Assembly (NCBI GenBank): GCA_002269645.1
Contig: NIVC01001975.1
Coordinates: 152,820 to 216,819 of the forward strand
Reading direction: 5' to 3'
Source: Macrostomum lignano
Lineage: Eukaryota
Length of the DNA: 64,000 bases
The notes under the pieces are model-generated. The model saw only the letters and a list, made by a program, of their open reading frames with translations, was not told the DNA's origin and made no database searches. Numbering within the stretch: the first letter of the stretch is position 1; every line of letters starts with the position of its first letter. Shown here one piece after another: positions 55,117-64,000 of this stretch. The translations under genes were made by a program, and so were the position numbers.

Positions 55117-56106
55117 ATGAGTTTTTATGTGTTTTTGCCTTCGAATGACAAGAGTTATGCAGATAATTCACCCAGCGAGTTTCGAGTCCGGCTAAAGGAT
55201 CCACTGAATGTTGGAACGCGCTATGAAGTAGCACTGGTTGAGCTAATCTGCGGAGGGTTTCCTGCTTCGGCTGCAAAGGACTCTTCGTTAGATAAAAAGG
55301 AAATTGTCTACTATCAAAGAGACGTGCAAACGTATTTTTCTTCAACAGCACCTCGATTTGTGAAGTTGTGGTCCCAAGCAAACTTGGAGGCATATCTTTT
55401 GTGGAGGCAAGCGGAGGCGGGCTCGGGAGCAAAAATCACATATCAGTGGTTCCTGCGAAACGGTGGTAGCCGATCGGTTCATGTGGAAATTCCAATGACG
55501 TTTCTCAGTACATTTGCCCTAGACGAGTGGGTTGTGGTTCGAGCGGGGATAGGCAATGAAGAAGGTGAATGGAGTGAGGCTTCTCTACGGACTTTGGAAG
55601 AGGTTTCAGCGAAGATGGATAGATTGAACGATAAGTATACTATGATTTTTAATTTTGTTCTGGACCCATATCATGCTGTGAAATTTTTGGGCGATGGAGA
55701 ACGCATGAAATCTCTACAAAGTGGTTCAGTGGACGACGCTCTGAAAAAAAATGTTTGGAAGCTTGTGCACCCGTGGACATTTACCATACAATATTTGCCT
55801 GGTGAGCCGTCCGGTGCTGGGGACGACAATAGCAAGCAGTATATGCATTGCTACACTGACATCATCGACTATCAGCCCGTTGGAAGCACATCTGTTCCAC
55901 TGTTGCGCGTCGTGGATTTGCAGCGGAAGGGACACGAAGTAACGCATGAACATAGTTCCTTGACAAATCCTTACTATGTTGGAGTGAATCGTCAGGGCAT
56001 CAGCGAGATTTCAATTCGACTGACTGATCAGCGTGGCAAAGGAATACAATTTCAACCGGGCTCGCATACTGTGGCGGTGCTCCATTTTCGTCCTAGAATT
56101 GACTAG
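55117..56106 (+). CDS. Minor capsid (penton-like) protein
   Basis: N-terminal FYVFLPSN...NSPSEFRVRL...YEVALVEL and C-terminal CYTDIIDYQPVGSTSVPLLRVV, typical of Polinton minor capsid proteins. Confidence 0.85.
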   Translation: MSFYVFLPSNDKSYADNSPSEFRVRLKDPLNVGTRYEVALVELICGGFPASAAKDSSLDKKEIVYYQRDVQTYFSSTAPRFVKLWSQANLEAYLLWRQAEAGSGAKITYQWFLRNGGSRSVHVEIPMTFLSTFALDEWVVVRAGIGNEEGEWSEASLRTLEEVSAKMDRLNDKYTMIFNFVLDPYHAVKFLGDGERMKSLQSGSVDDALKKNVWKLVHPWTFTIQYLPGEPSGAGDDNSKQYMHCYTDIIDYQPVGSTSVPLLRVVDLQRKGHEVTHEHSSLTNPYYVGVNRQGISEISIRLTDQRGKGIQFQPGSHTVAVLHFRPRID

Positions 56107-56163
56107 GTGACTAATTTATAAGCAAACTTTGGGGTGTTGAGTATGATTTGACCAATAATTTAA

Positions 56164-56607
56164 ATGCCTTTATTAACAGAAAAAGCTAGGAAGAGCCTCT
56201 GCTCGCTTTCTAAGTGTGCCATTTTATTGCAGAGTGCGGCCCGCTTGAAAGATAAGCACCAACGCCGCCAATTTCTGCAAAGCTTGACTCTGACGGAAGT
56301 CCGCTGTCTACTTGAACTGTTGCTGAATATTGTCAAGCGGCGCGTGCCGATAAAAGCCTGCGATCAGCGCCGATTGCAAAAACACGCGCCTGTGATACGC
56401 AAGCTGCTGAACGGTGGAAAGAGTCTAGTTGAAAGGAAGAAAATTATTGTTCAAAACGGAGGCTTCCTTCCTTTCCTGGCGCCCATCATTGCTGGCATCA
56501 CCTCGGCCTTGCCTGCCATTGGAACAGCGCTAGGAATTACGTCCGGAATTGCGGGCACAGCAGCTGGAGCAGCAACTCTTGTGCGGAATATTCAAAACAA
56601 GAAATGA
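56164..56607 (+). CDS. Conserved Polinton virion protein with QNGG|FL cleavage-like motif and hydrophobic tail
   Basis: Basic helical N-half, then IVQNGGFLPFLAPIIAGITSALPAIG; this pattern recurs in Polinton small genes. Confidence 0.7.
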   Translation: MPLLTEKARKSLCSLSKCAILLQSAARLKDKHQRRQFLQSLTLTEVRCLLELLLNIVKRRVPIKACDQRRLQKHAPVIRKLLNGGKSLVERKKIIVQNGGFLPFLAPIIAGITSALPAIGTALGITSGIAGTAAGAATLVRNIQNKK

Positions 56608-57353
56608 GTCGGCACGACGGGCTTCAGCGGATGGTTCTACTTCCCGAGGCAACATACAATATGATGTGTGATAAAAAAACTCCCCCTACAAATGAAGCCA
56701 ATACCTCTCTGCCGGAGCACGAGGAACCTCGAACTAGCGTTTTGGACGGGCCACGCGAGGCACTAGGCAAAAATCTGGTTGGGATGCGACAACGGTTAGA
56801 TGAACTTGATGCGGCTGCTGCTTCTACTCAGCACCCGCCCAATACAAGCGCACACCTGCAGCGCTCACAGTTGGAAAGTCGGCTTCTTCACGCGCGTCGA
56901 GATTATTTTCAGCCTTTACCACCTGCGCCTCCGAGCAAAGTTAAAAAGGAATCTGCTGGAAGCTTCATTACTGTTGAAGAAACAAGCATTCCGAAAGCTT
57001 TGAGGGCCCGATATAAACGCCTTGCAGACAAGGTGTTTGAAGAGAGCGAGGAGGCTGCACTACCATCTGAACTTACTCAAGATGAGGTTAAAAATCTAAT
57101 GGAATATGTTGTGCGAGACAAGCCGCTTAAGCGCCACGTAGAGCGGCCACCGAGTGGACTATCAAATTTTATAGAATATCTGCAAAAGAGGAATTTAGAT
57201 CCCAGCATGATTGGGAAGCATCTTCGTGGAGATTTGCAAAATGGCGGACCAAATCTTGGAGACAAGGAGGCCGACAGTTCTGCTGAAATGCCACATGGCG
57301 AGAGAAAAGGCGTTGATATGGAAATGCTTGAAAACTATGAAACTCTAAATTGA
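56604..57353 (+). CDS. Polinton hypothetical protein (249 aa)
   Basis: ATG overlaps the preceding stop (ATGA); N-terminal RMVLLPEATY motif; located in the virion module. Confidence 0.7.
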   Translation: MSRHDGLQRMVLLPEATYNMMCDKKTPPTNEANTSLPEHEEPRTSVLDGPREALGKNLVGMRQRLDELDAAAASTQHPPNTSAHLQRSQLESRLLHARRDYFQPLPPAPPSKVKKESAGSFITVEETSIPKALRARYKRLADKVFEESEEAALPSELTQDEVKNLMEYVVRDKPLKRHVERPPSGLSNFIEYLQKRNLDPSMIGKHLRGDLQNGGPNLGDKEADSSAEMPHGERKGVDMEMLENYETLN

Positions 57354-57437
57354 GTATGCAATGCTGGTGGTTTGGTTAATCTATATGCAAACTTGTTTTT
57401 ATTCGAGATAAATATAAAACATTTGCGTGTGTATGTT

Positions 57438-57653
57438 ATGGCTTCTTTGGGCCAGCGATTTTTTCGTTTTCTGGTGGAAATCTTTCGCGTTTGCTTCCAT
57501 GGATCGCTTTGCGGTGAATTGATTCAAGATGAAGTAGACAATGTGACAGTAAACCTGCGGACAAATATCAAATGCTGCACTAAGCAGAGCAACACCATTT
57601 CGTTCGAGAATGTCGGAGCAGAGGACGAAACAGCGGTTGCGGGCGCGAACTAG
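57438..57653 (+). CDS. Possible small orphan protein (71 aa)
   Basis: Fills the gap before the integrase; TATAAA at 57413; no recognisable motif. Confidence 0.3.
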   Translation: MASLGQRFFRFLVEIFRVCFHGSLCGELIQDEVDNVTVNLRTNIKCCTKQSNTISFENVGAEDETAVAGAN

Positions 57654-58812
57654 TTTGAACGACGCGGCTGCAAATGAACAAGACGCGTGGAAATTTCTGA
57701 GCGAGAATTTTTTTGACTTGGAAAATCCAACTTCATTTGGAGGGAACAAGGCGGAGCTGGTTCGCGCTGTACGAAAGAAATTCGCAGGACTTACCTTTGC
57801 TGCTGCAAAAAAGTTTGTAGACAAATGGGCGCGGGGAACACGCGAATATAACTTATTTCGCAAGGCGCGCCTGCGATTTCCCACGCCCCGGATTAGCGTG
57901 CCTCCAACAGCAAAATTTCAATTTCAAATTGACCTTGCTGACTTGCAGCAGTACAAGGACATCAATAAAGGTTATCGCTTTGTTCTCGTTTTGATTGATT
58001 GTCTAACACGAGTTGTTCGTCTTCGACCGCTGTACACAAAAAAGCCCACAGAAGTTAGTCAAGTGTTGCGTGCGATTTTCAACACCGGTTTCAAACCAAA
58101 GTATTTGCAGGGGGATGCTGGGATGGAGTTTTTAGGACGTGCAACACAAACGATGCTGCGTGAAGAGGGAGTTCACTTTTTTGTAAGCCAAAGCACATAC
58201 AAGGCCGCAATGGCTGAACGAATCATTCGAACTCTGAAGGAGCGGTTGTCGCGCTATTTCAGGTCAATTAACTTGCCACAGTGGTATGACATTTTACCAA
58301 AGATGGAAAAAAATCTAAACCAAAGTGCGAACCGTTCATTGTATGGCCTAACGCCACAAGTGGTGCAAGCAGATCCCCATCTGCAGGGAATTCTGTGGGA
58401 TCAGATGTTTGGTGCAATACCGACTTCGCCTCGTTATGTGCCTGGCGATTGGGTTCGAATCGCGCGACGCAGAGGAACGTTTGAAAAGGGTTACTCGACT
58501 GTTTGGAGCAATGCTGTCTATCGAATAGGACGAGTCCGCGAAGGAACCCCGCCCATGTATGTGCTCGAGGATCCAGAAGATGACTTCGAACCGCTCAAGG
58601 GATTTTTTAATGAGGCAGAGCTTCAGCAAGTTGAGGGACCTGAAAACGACGTGAATGAAATAGAGAAAGTTCTTCGAGTGGAGAAGCTGCCGGGCGGGAA
58701 TCGACGCTATTTTGTAAAATGGAGAAATCTACCAGAATATCGGGCGCAGTGGCTGAAGAAACAAGAGCTGGACGAAGAGACCCAGAAACTGTTCAAACGT
58801 GTCTATAAGTAA
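57610..58812 (+). CDS. int: Retroviral-like (rve) integrase with C-terminal chromodomain
   Basis: DDE triad FQIDLAD / LQGDAGMEF / AERIIRTLK; chromodomain IEKVL...YFVKWRNLPEYRAQW. Confidence 0.96.
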   Translation: MSEQRTKQRLRARTSLNDAAANEQDAWKFLSENFFDLENPTSFGGNKAELVRAVRKKFAGLTFAAAKKFVDKWARGTREYNLFRKARLRFPTPRISVPPTAKFQFQIDLADLQQYKDINKGYRFVLVLIDCLTRVVRLRPLYTKKPTEVSQVLRAIFNTGFKPKYLQGDAGMEFLGRATQTMLREEGVHFFVSQSTYKAAMAERIIRTLKERLSRYFRSINLPQWYDILPKMEKNLNQSANRSLYGLTPQVVQADPHLQGILWDQMFGAIPTSPRYVPGDWVRIARRRGTFEKGYSTVWSNAVYRIGRVREGTPPMYVLEDPEDDFEPLKGFFNEAELQQVEGPENDVNEIEKVLRVEKLPGGNRRYFVKWRNLPEYRAQWLKKQELDEETQKLFKRVYK

Positions 58813-58851
58813 ATGTAAGCATGAACTTGCTAAATGTATGCCTGTATTCAA

Positions 58852-59330
58852 ATGGATCCCGTGTTTCGTTTCTACGCGGGCCCGAACCATGAACAGGTGG
58901 TGGACGCGGAAGTTCCTCTTCGCGCTCAATTCCCGTATACGAGGGCTACGGATTCTTGTCAAGCCTTGCGAATCGTTTGTTTTACCCTGTTCTGCGCAAT
59001 ACTGGCAAAGATCTGCTGCGACGAGGATTGACCTACCTTGCAGATAGCGATGAAGAATCCCGAAAGGCAAAGAAGAGAGGAGGGGGATTCGACTATGGAG
59101 TAATTGGGAACGAACCGGCTGCCTCTCCCCCAAAGAGAAGGAAACATGGGCGTTCGCGTACCAACAAGATGCCAGCTACTATAAGCAAGGCGGGGCGCGG
59201 ACGAGGAAAACTATCAAGGACAAGCAAGCAGAAGGGTCGTGTGTGTGCAATCAAGAACCGGCAGGAAAAAGCTTCGTGGCAAGCGGCACAAGAAACGAGG
59301 CAAAGCAAGCGCTTCAAAGAGTCTGTTTAG
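58852..59330 (+). CDS. Basic core (adenovirus pVII-like) protein; -1 break near 58944
   Basis: Restoring one G gives ...PYTRGYG|FLSSLANRLFYPVLRNTGKDLL, the Polinton RGxG-amphipathic helix pattern, followed by an R/K-rich tail. Confidence 0.7.
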
Positions 59331-59345
59331 TCTGTTTAATAAAGA

Positions 59346-60670
59346 ATGAACCAGCTGCTGGGACCGGATGTTGTCGCACTGAAGAGTGAATTGTCTCTTT
59401 TTGACCCCTCTCCGGTCCAGTTTAGTGTTTTGGAGAGTCAGTTTACGAACATTCAGCCGCAGCATGGCCTCGCTGCTGGTGCTCCAATTGAATTCGAAAT
59501 TCCTCCGGCTGGGGATTTGTATCTCGACTTGCATGAGACTGCGCTCAATGTGAGTTTTCGAGTGGTGGATTCGGAAAACAAAAGCATCGATGCTGCAAAA
59601 AACTTTGTGTGTCTGAACAACCTGCCGATTGCCTCGCTGTTTCAAGATGCGCAGCTTAGCATTGGAGACAGCGTTATCGAGGGCGGAAGCTTTCTCTATC
59701 CATACAAGAGTATGCTGCTGACGCTGCTTGAGTATGGAAGCATCGCTCAGAAGGCTGCATTGGTGCCCTGGGGATTTTACAAGGATACTGCGGGAGAAAT
59801 GGATTCTGCTACGGATGCAAATGTCGGACGCAAATCGCGCGTGGCGTTGATTGCTGGAGGGAGAACTTGCAGTCTCTCAGGACCGTTGTTCCTTGATTTG
59901 TTCCGTCAGCCACGTTTCTTGCTGTCAAAGACAAACTTGCGACTGAAGTTGATTCCCTCCGATCCGAAGTTTGTGCTCAGTGGAGCCGGCGTCGGTGCAG
60001 AACCGCTGAAGGACTATTTGGTGGTTATTGAGCGTGCAGAGCTGCGAGTTCATTATGTGCTGCCATCGCCTAGTGTTCTGGCTGCCCATGCACAGGGACT
60101 CAAGAAGCATAATGCGCTTTACCCGCTGAACAGCCTGCAAATGAGCACCTTCACAATTCCGCAAGGAACCTCCAGCTACACGCGCGAGAATATGTTCCAG
60201 GGAGGCGTGCCGAAACTGCTGCTGGTCGCTTTTGTGACCAACAAAGCTTTCAACGGTAGCATGGATACGAATCCGTTCAACTTTCGACATGCAAACGCTT
60301 CATGCATTGCTGTGTTTGTGAACGGAGAGTCAGTTCCTTCGCGCCCCTGCAAGTAAATCTGGCGAAGGAGAATGGTGAGGTGGAGTACAATTGGTTGCTA
60401 CAGCAACTGGGCCTGTATATGCAGAGCAGAGAAATTGGCTTTAGAATGGACGAGTATGCTCGAGGATATGGCATCTTTGCGTTCAATCTCTGCAGTGAGC
60501 TGGGAGTGGGTGTTGGAACACAGCTATACAAAGAGGGCAGCGTGCGCTTGGAACTGCGGTTTAGCACCGCTACTGCAAGTGTCTACAATGTAATTGTTGG
60601 AGGGCTCTTTGATAAGCAATTGCAGCTGACGGAGTTTCGTGACGTTGTGCCTGGCACCGCCTGGAAATGA
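59346..60670 (+). CDS. Major capsid protein (double jelly-roll); -1 break near 60346
   Basis: KSELSLF...PIEFEIP...YLDL N-terminus, NPFNFRH, VPSRP(L)QVNL across the break, GYGIFAFNL and GSVRLELRF C-terminus; about 441 aa when joined. Confidence 0.93.
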
Positions 60671-61215
60671 AAAGCGGCGTCCCGAGCGGATTGACAAACA
60701 TTTATCTGGCCGCAGTATCCCGCAAACTGCAACGCATCTACCGGCACGCCGTGTTTTTGGGAGTCTACTCTAGCAACTCTCTGCCTTTACTGCCCGCAAG
60801 AAACGGTGGCTTGCTTGACACTCAAAGTTATTTTTTAATTGCAAACACAGACACTAGTAACCTACCTGGCCGGCATTGGATTGCTATTTGGGTTGGACCT
60901 GGTCCGATTGGGGCCGCGGGGCGACGAGGAGAATTTTTTGACCCACTAGGACTGCAACCAATGCCTGAATTTTCGCAGTGGCTGAGCCGCGAGTGTGGAG
61001 GCACTTGGAGTTTTACTCGCTTTTCTGTTCAGCATCCCTCCACGGGACATTGTGGCGTGTGGGTTTTGTTTTATCTGTATTTTAAACTTGCTACTAGAGA
61101 ACCTCTGATACATTTTATCAACTTTGTTTTGCGCGGATATCGCCGTAGTTCTGTTTCGTTCCGCGCTGCTTTTCATGCTCTACGCAGTTTTCAGCTGAAA
61201 ATTCTTAATCCCTAA
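60667..61215 (+). CDS. Adenain-like cysteine maturation protease
   Basis: NTD...PGRHW, FFDPLG and QHPSTGHCG: His-Asp-Cys triad and oxyanion Gln intact. Confidence 0.95.
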   Translation: MKSGVPSGLTNIYLAAVSRKLQRIYRHAVFLGVYSSNSLPLLPARNGGLLDTQSYFLIANTDTSNLPGRHWIAIWVGPGPIGAAGRRGEFFDPLGLQPMPEFSQWLSRECGGTWSFTRFSVQHPSTGHCGVWVLFYLYFKLATREPLIHFINFVLRGYRRSSVSFRAAFHALRSFQLKILNP

Positions 61216-61542
61216 AGTGGTAATCTCTGACGTATCAGTTTTTTAACTCCTTGGATTATTGCCTGCTTTAAAACGCTTTTGCACGCTGTTATTTCAGTCT
61301 GTCTCGCGTTACTTGTTTATGCGGTGGCGAAATAAAATATCGTTTATGAAAAAATCTTTGCCGTTGTTGGTCTGATTTAAAAACCTCTCCGGTCGACGCA
61401 CCATGGAAAAACGGGCGGGTAATTAGAACAGAAAATTAGTCTGGCATCGAGAAAAAAGGCAGTGGCACTTTGGCCGACGGACGGAGGAAAAAGCAAAAAT
61501 CTGCTTTTGCACGGACCTAGCTACGATCATTTGCACCACTCT

Positions 61543-61734
61543 GGCGGCAAGGGAAAGAAAAACTGGAGGTCTGCGCTGCATGGAAGAGAGGAAAATTGCG
61601 CCCCAGTTGCTATCGGGAGAGGGATGAAAATTTAGCCGAAGTTTCGGCTATCTCCCATGTATTTCGGCCCATGTACCAACCATACATTTTTCGTATTTAA
61701 AAAAACCCTCCGTGTCCGATTTTTATCTACTACT
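61543..61734 (-). repeat. Right terminal inverted repeat
   Basis: Ends ...ATCTACTACT and is followed by the TSD CATGTT. Confidence 0.95.
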
Positions 61735-62154
61735 CATGTTCAGAACATTTATTGCGTGATTAGCCCTATATCGATTCGCAGATGAGAAGATAAAACATCA
61801 AATATGATTCTCAATACAATAAAATAAGCTCGCGAATAAAATAAAATGATTGCCAATAAATGAGCAAGTCTGCAGCGAAGGATCATTGATGGTTTCATAC
61901 AATCTGTTCTCTACTAGTAATAAATCATATAGGATTAGTGTACTAATCTAGCAGTTAAGCTCTGCGCGACTTGTTGAAAAAATGCAAATTAGCCAGAAAA
62001 TGAACATAAAATATCTGTTACAAAGCCGGGCTTCCAGAGATTCTCCTTGTACCATGCGGCGTCGCTGGTTGTCATGCCAACCAGTATTGTTCGCTTCCGT
62101 TCAGGCAATGAACAGTTGCCATAGGGTATCTGCGGGGTTGAAGCAACAGAGCAA

Positions 62155-62590
62155 TGCACTGTGCACACACAGGGAGCTGCATTGTACACACAGGGCACTG
62201 CATTGTACACACAGAGCACTGCATTGTACACACAGAGCACTGCATTGTACACACAGAGCACTGCATTGTACACACAGAGCACTGCATTTTACACACAGAG
62301 CACTGCATTGTACACACAGAGCACTGCATTGTACACACAGAGCACTGCATTGTACACACAGAGCACTGCATTGTACACACAGGGCACTGCATTGTACACA
62401 CAGAGCACTGCATTGTACACACAGGGCACTGCATTGTACACACAGAGCACTGCATTGTACACACAGAGCACTGCATTGTACACACAGAGCACTACATTTT
62501 ACACACAGAGCACTACATTTTACACACAGAGCACTACATTGTACACAGAGCACTGCATTGTACACACAGGGCACTGCATTGTATACACAG
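62155..62590. repeat. 21-bp minisatellite TGCATTGTACACACAGAGCAC
   Basis: About 20 tandem copies. Confidence 0.95.
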
Positions 62591-62611
62591 GTAGCAGCAC
62601 CCAGTTCTCAC

Positions 62612-62939
62612 ATGAACTGACGAAGCCCGAAAATGCAATCCATGCAGGCGGCCCTGCTTGGAGTTCGCCAGCCCCGCCGCCCTGGCCTCCTCGTCAAGCA
62701 TCAGCTCGCACAGCAGCAGCACGTTGTTGCGACGGTCAGACAGGCGGCCGCACGAGTCGCCAACAACGGGATACTCGCCGTGCATCTCCTGGTGCCGGCT
62801 GATCAGCAGCTCCTCGAGCGGGCTGCTGGTGGCGTCGCTGAATGGCAGCCGGCCGGAGTCTCCGACACTGCGGGGCACATGCGGAAATGGAGAGCAGGGG
62901 CTTTGGAGCAGGCTGGGTGAGACGAGGATGATGAGGTTA
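62612..62939 (-). CDS. Host coding exon of an unidentified gene
   Basis: GC-rich open frame (…PLEELLISRHQEMHGEYPVVGDSCGRL…) bounded by a TACAG acceptor and a GTGAGA donor on the minus strand. Confidence 0.6.
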
Positions 62940-63220
62940 CTGTACACCTGAGATGCAGGTAACTGTACACCTGAGATGCAGGTAACTGTACACCTGAGAT
63001 GTAGGTAACTGCACACCTGAGATGTAGGTAACTGTACACCTGAGATGCAGGTAACTGTACACCTGAGATGCAGGTAACTGTACACCTGAGATGTAGGTAA
63101 CTGTACACCTGAGATGCAGGTAACTGTACACCTGAGATGCAGGTAACTGTACACCTGAGATGCAGGTAACTGTACACCTGAGATGCAGGTAACTGTACAC
63201 CTGAGATGCAGGTAACTGTG
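62937..63220. repeat. 23-bp minisatellite GTAACTGTACACCTGAGATGCAG
   Basis: About 12 tandem copies abutting the minus-strand acceptor at 62940. Confidence 0.95.
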
Positions 63221-63759
63221 CAGCTGACCTCAGAGTCAATTTCTTATTTTAGATACAAGCACATTTGAAGGACATTAGAAATGCATTACTACGCTCGTAC
63301 AGCACTAAAAAGCCCTGAGGACACCCAATTTGCATTGAAATAGAACCCTGGCCAGCAACTGTGTTCCAGATCGATGCCTATTCCTCAGCTCAAACTGCAA
63401 GAACTCCACCCAGTGGTTGCTACAGCTGATCTTCCCTGTCCCCTACTGGGCCAAAAACATGATTCCAAAAACTTCTATCCAGATGAGGCAAAAAGATTGG
63501 ATGGTGAGAGAGAATAGCTGGGCGCTATTAAAATCTGATAGGCTTTTGGCTGAGCCACGAGTACAGGGGAGCTGGTGGATACAAAATATCTCTATAACGA
63601 AAGTGGGAAAACGATTGAAATAAATCAGGGTAGGAATTCAATTTGGCTTCTTTTGTGGAACCTTCCTATAGATCGAACTAGCCAATTCAATGCATTTTTG
63701 CACCACTCTGGGGAAATTAGCTTGCTTACAATATGTTACTCCATCTCATATCTAGTCAC

Positions 63760-64000
63760 TCCTCTAGTGTATTGTCTCGTGTATTGTCACTCTGTTGTGC
63801 ATTGTCACTCGTGTCTGGTCACTCACTATCTAACGTATTGTCACTCTCTCTTGTCTGGTCATTATTGTCTAGTCACGAATGTTATTCTCTTTTCTAGTCA
63901 CTCTCTCTTGTTTGGTCACTCTCTCTTGTCTGGTCACTCTCTCTTATCTGGTCACTCTCTCTTGTCTGGTCACTCTCTCTTGTCTGGTCACTCTCTCTTT
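63760..64000. repeat. 18-bp repeat TCACTCTCTCTTGTCTGG (runs off the window)
   Basis: Degenerate copies becoming regular towards the end. Confidence 0.85.

Larger units (their letters stand above)
44280..61734 (+). mobile_element. Full-length Maverick/Polinton (adintovirus-like endogenous dsDNA virus), 17,455 bp
   Basis: Termini AGTAGTAGAT...ATCTACTACT, about 190-bp TIRs, TSD CATGTT at 44274-44279 and 61735-61740. Encodes pPolB, rve integrase, A32-like ATPase, major and minor capsid and adenain protease, all on the + strand. Confidence 0.98.

Noticed and set aside
54279-59185. TATAAG at 54279 and 59180 counted as promoters of the ATPase and major capsid genes
   Set aside because: They lie about 90 and 160 nt upstream, outside the 39-54-nt pattern, and within coding sequence; left out of the motif tally although not excluded biologically.
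44280-61734. Contaminating free virus or bacterial prophage contig
   Set aside because: Flanked by a perfect TSD within host repeats and carries spliceosomal introns; it is an integrated eukaryotic element.

Overview
Eukaryotic (metazoan invertebrate) genomic DNA with GC-rich spliced exons and minisatellite-filled introns. The style suggests a flatworm such as Macrostomum, but that is inference. Left to right: (1) most of a BEL/Pao LTR retrotransposon with its 3' LTR (1-6353); (2) host genes: the 3' part of a DCC/frazzled-like netrin receptor, a C2H2 zinc-finger gene, two tandem CD164/porimin-like sialomucins, a probably GPI-anchored GPR158-like ectodomain protein and a calmodulin-like gene; (3) a full-length 17.5-kb Maverick/Polinton (adintovirus-like endogenous virus) at 44280-61734 with AGTAGT termini, about 190-bp TIRs and a perfect 6-bp TSD (CATGTT). 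Besides the core genes (pPolB, integrase, packaging ATPase, major and minor capsid, adenain protease), the virus carries an unusual left-arm module: a spliced putative ssDNA-binding protein, a divergent TATA-binding-protein (TBP)-like gene, a deoxynucleoside kinase and a dUTPase, followed by a spliced PLA2 gene that the ORF track only half shows. The best candidate for an undescribed system is the element's own TBP-like factor together with a TATAAG motif at near-fixed spacing (39-43 or 54 nt) upstream of six of its genes. All eight reading-frame breaks in the two mobile elements are single missing bases, which points to assembly error rather than decay. All family assignments come from motifs recognised by eye; no searches were run.
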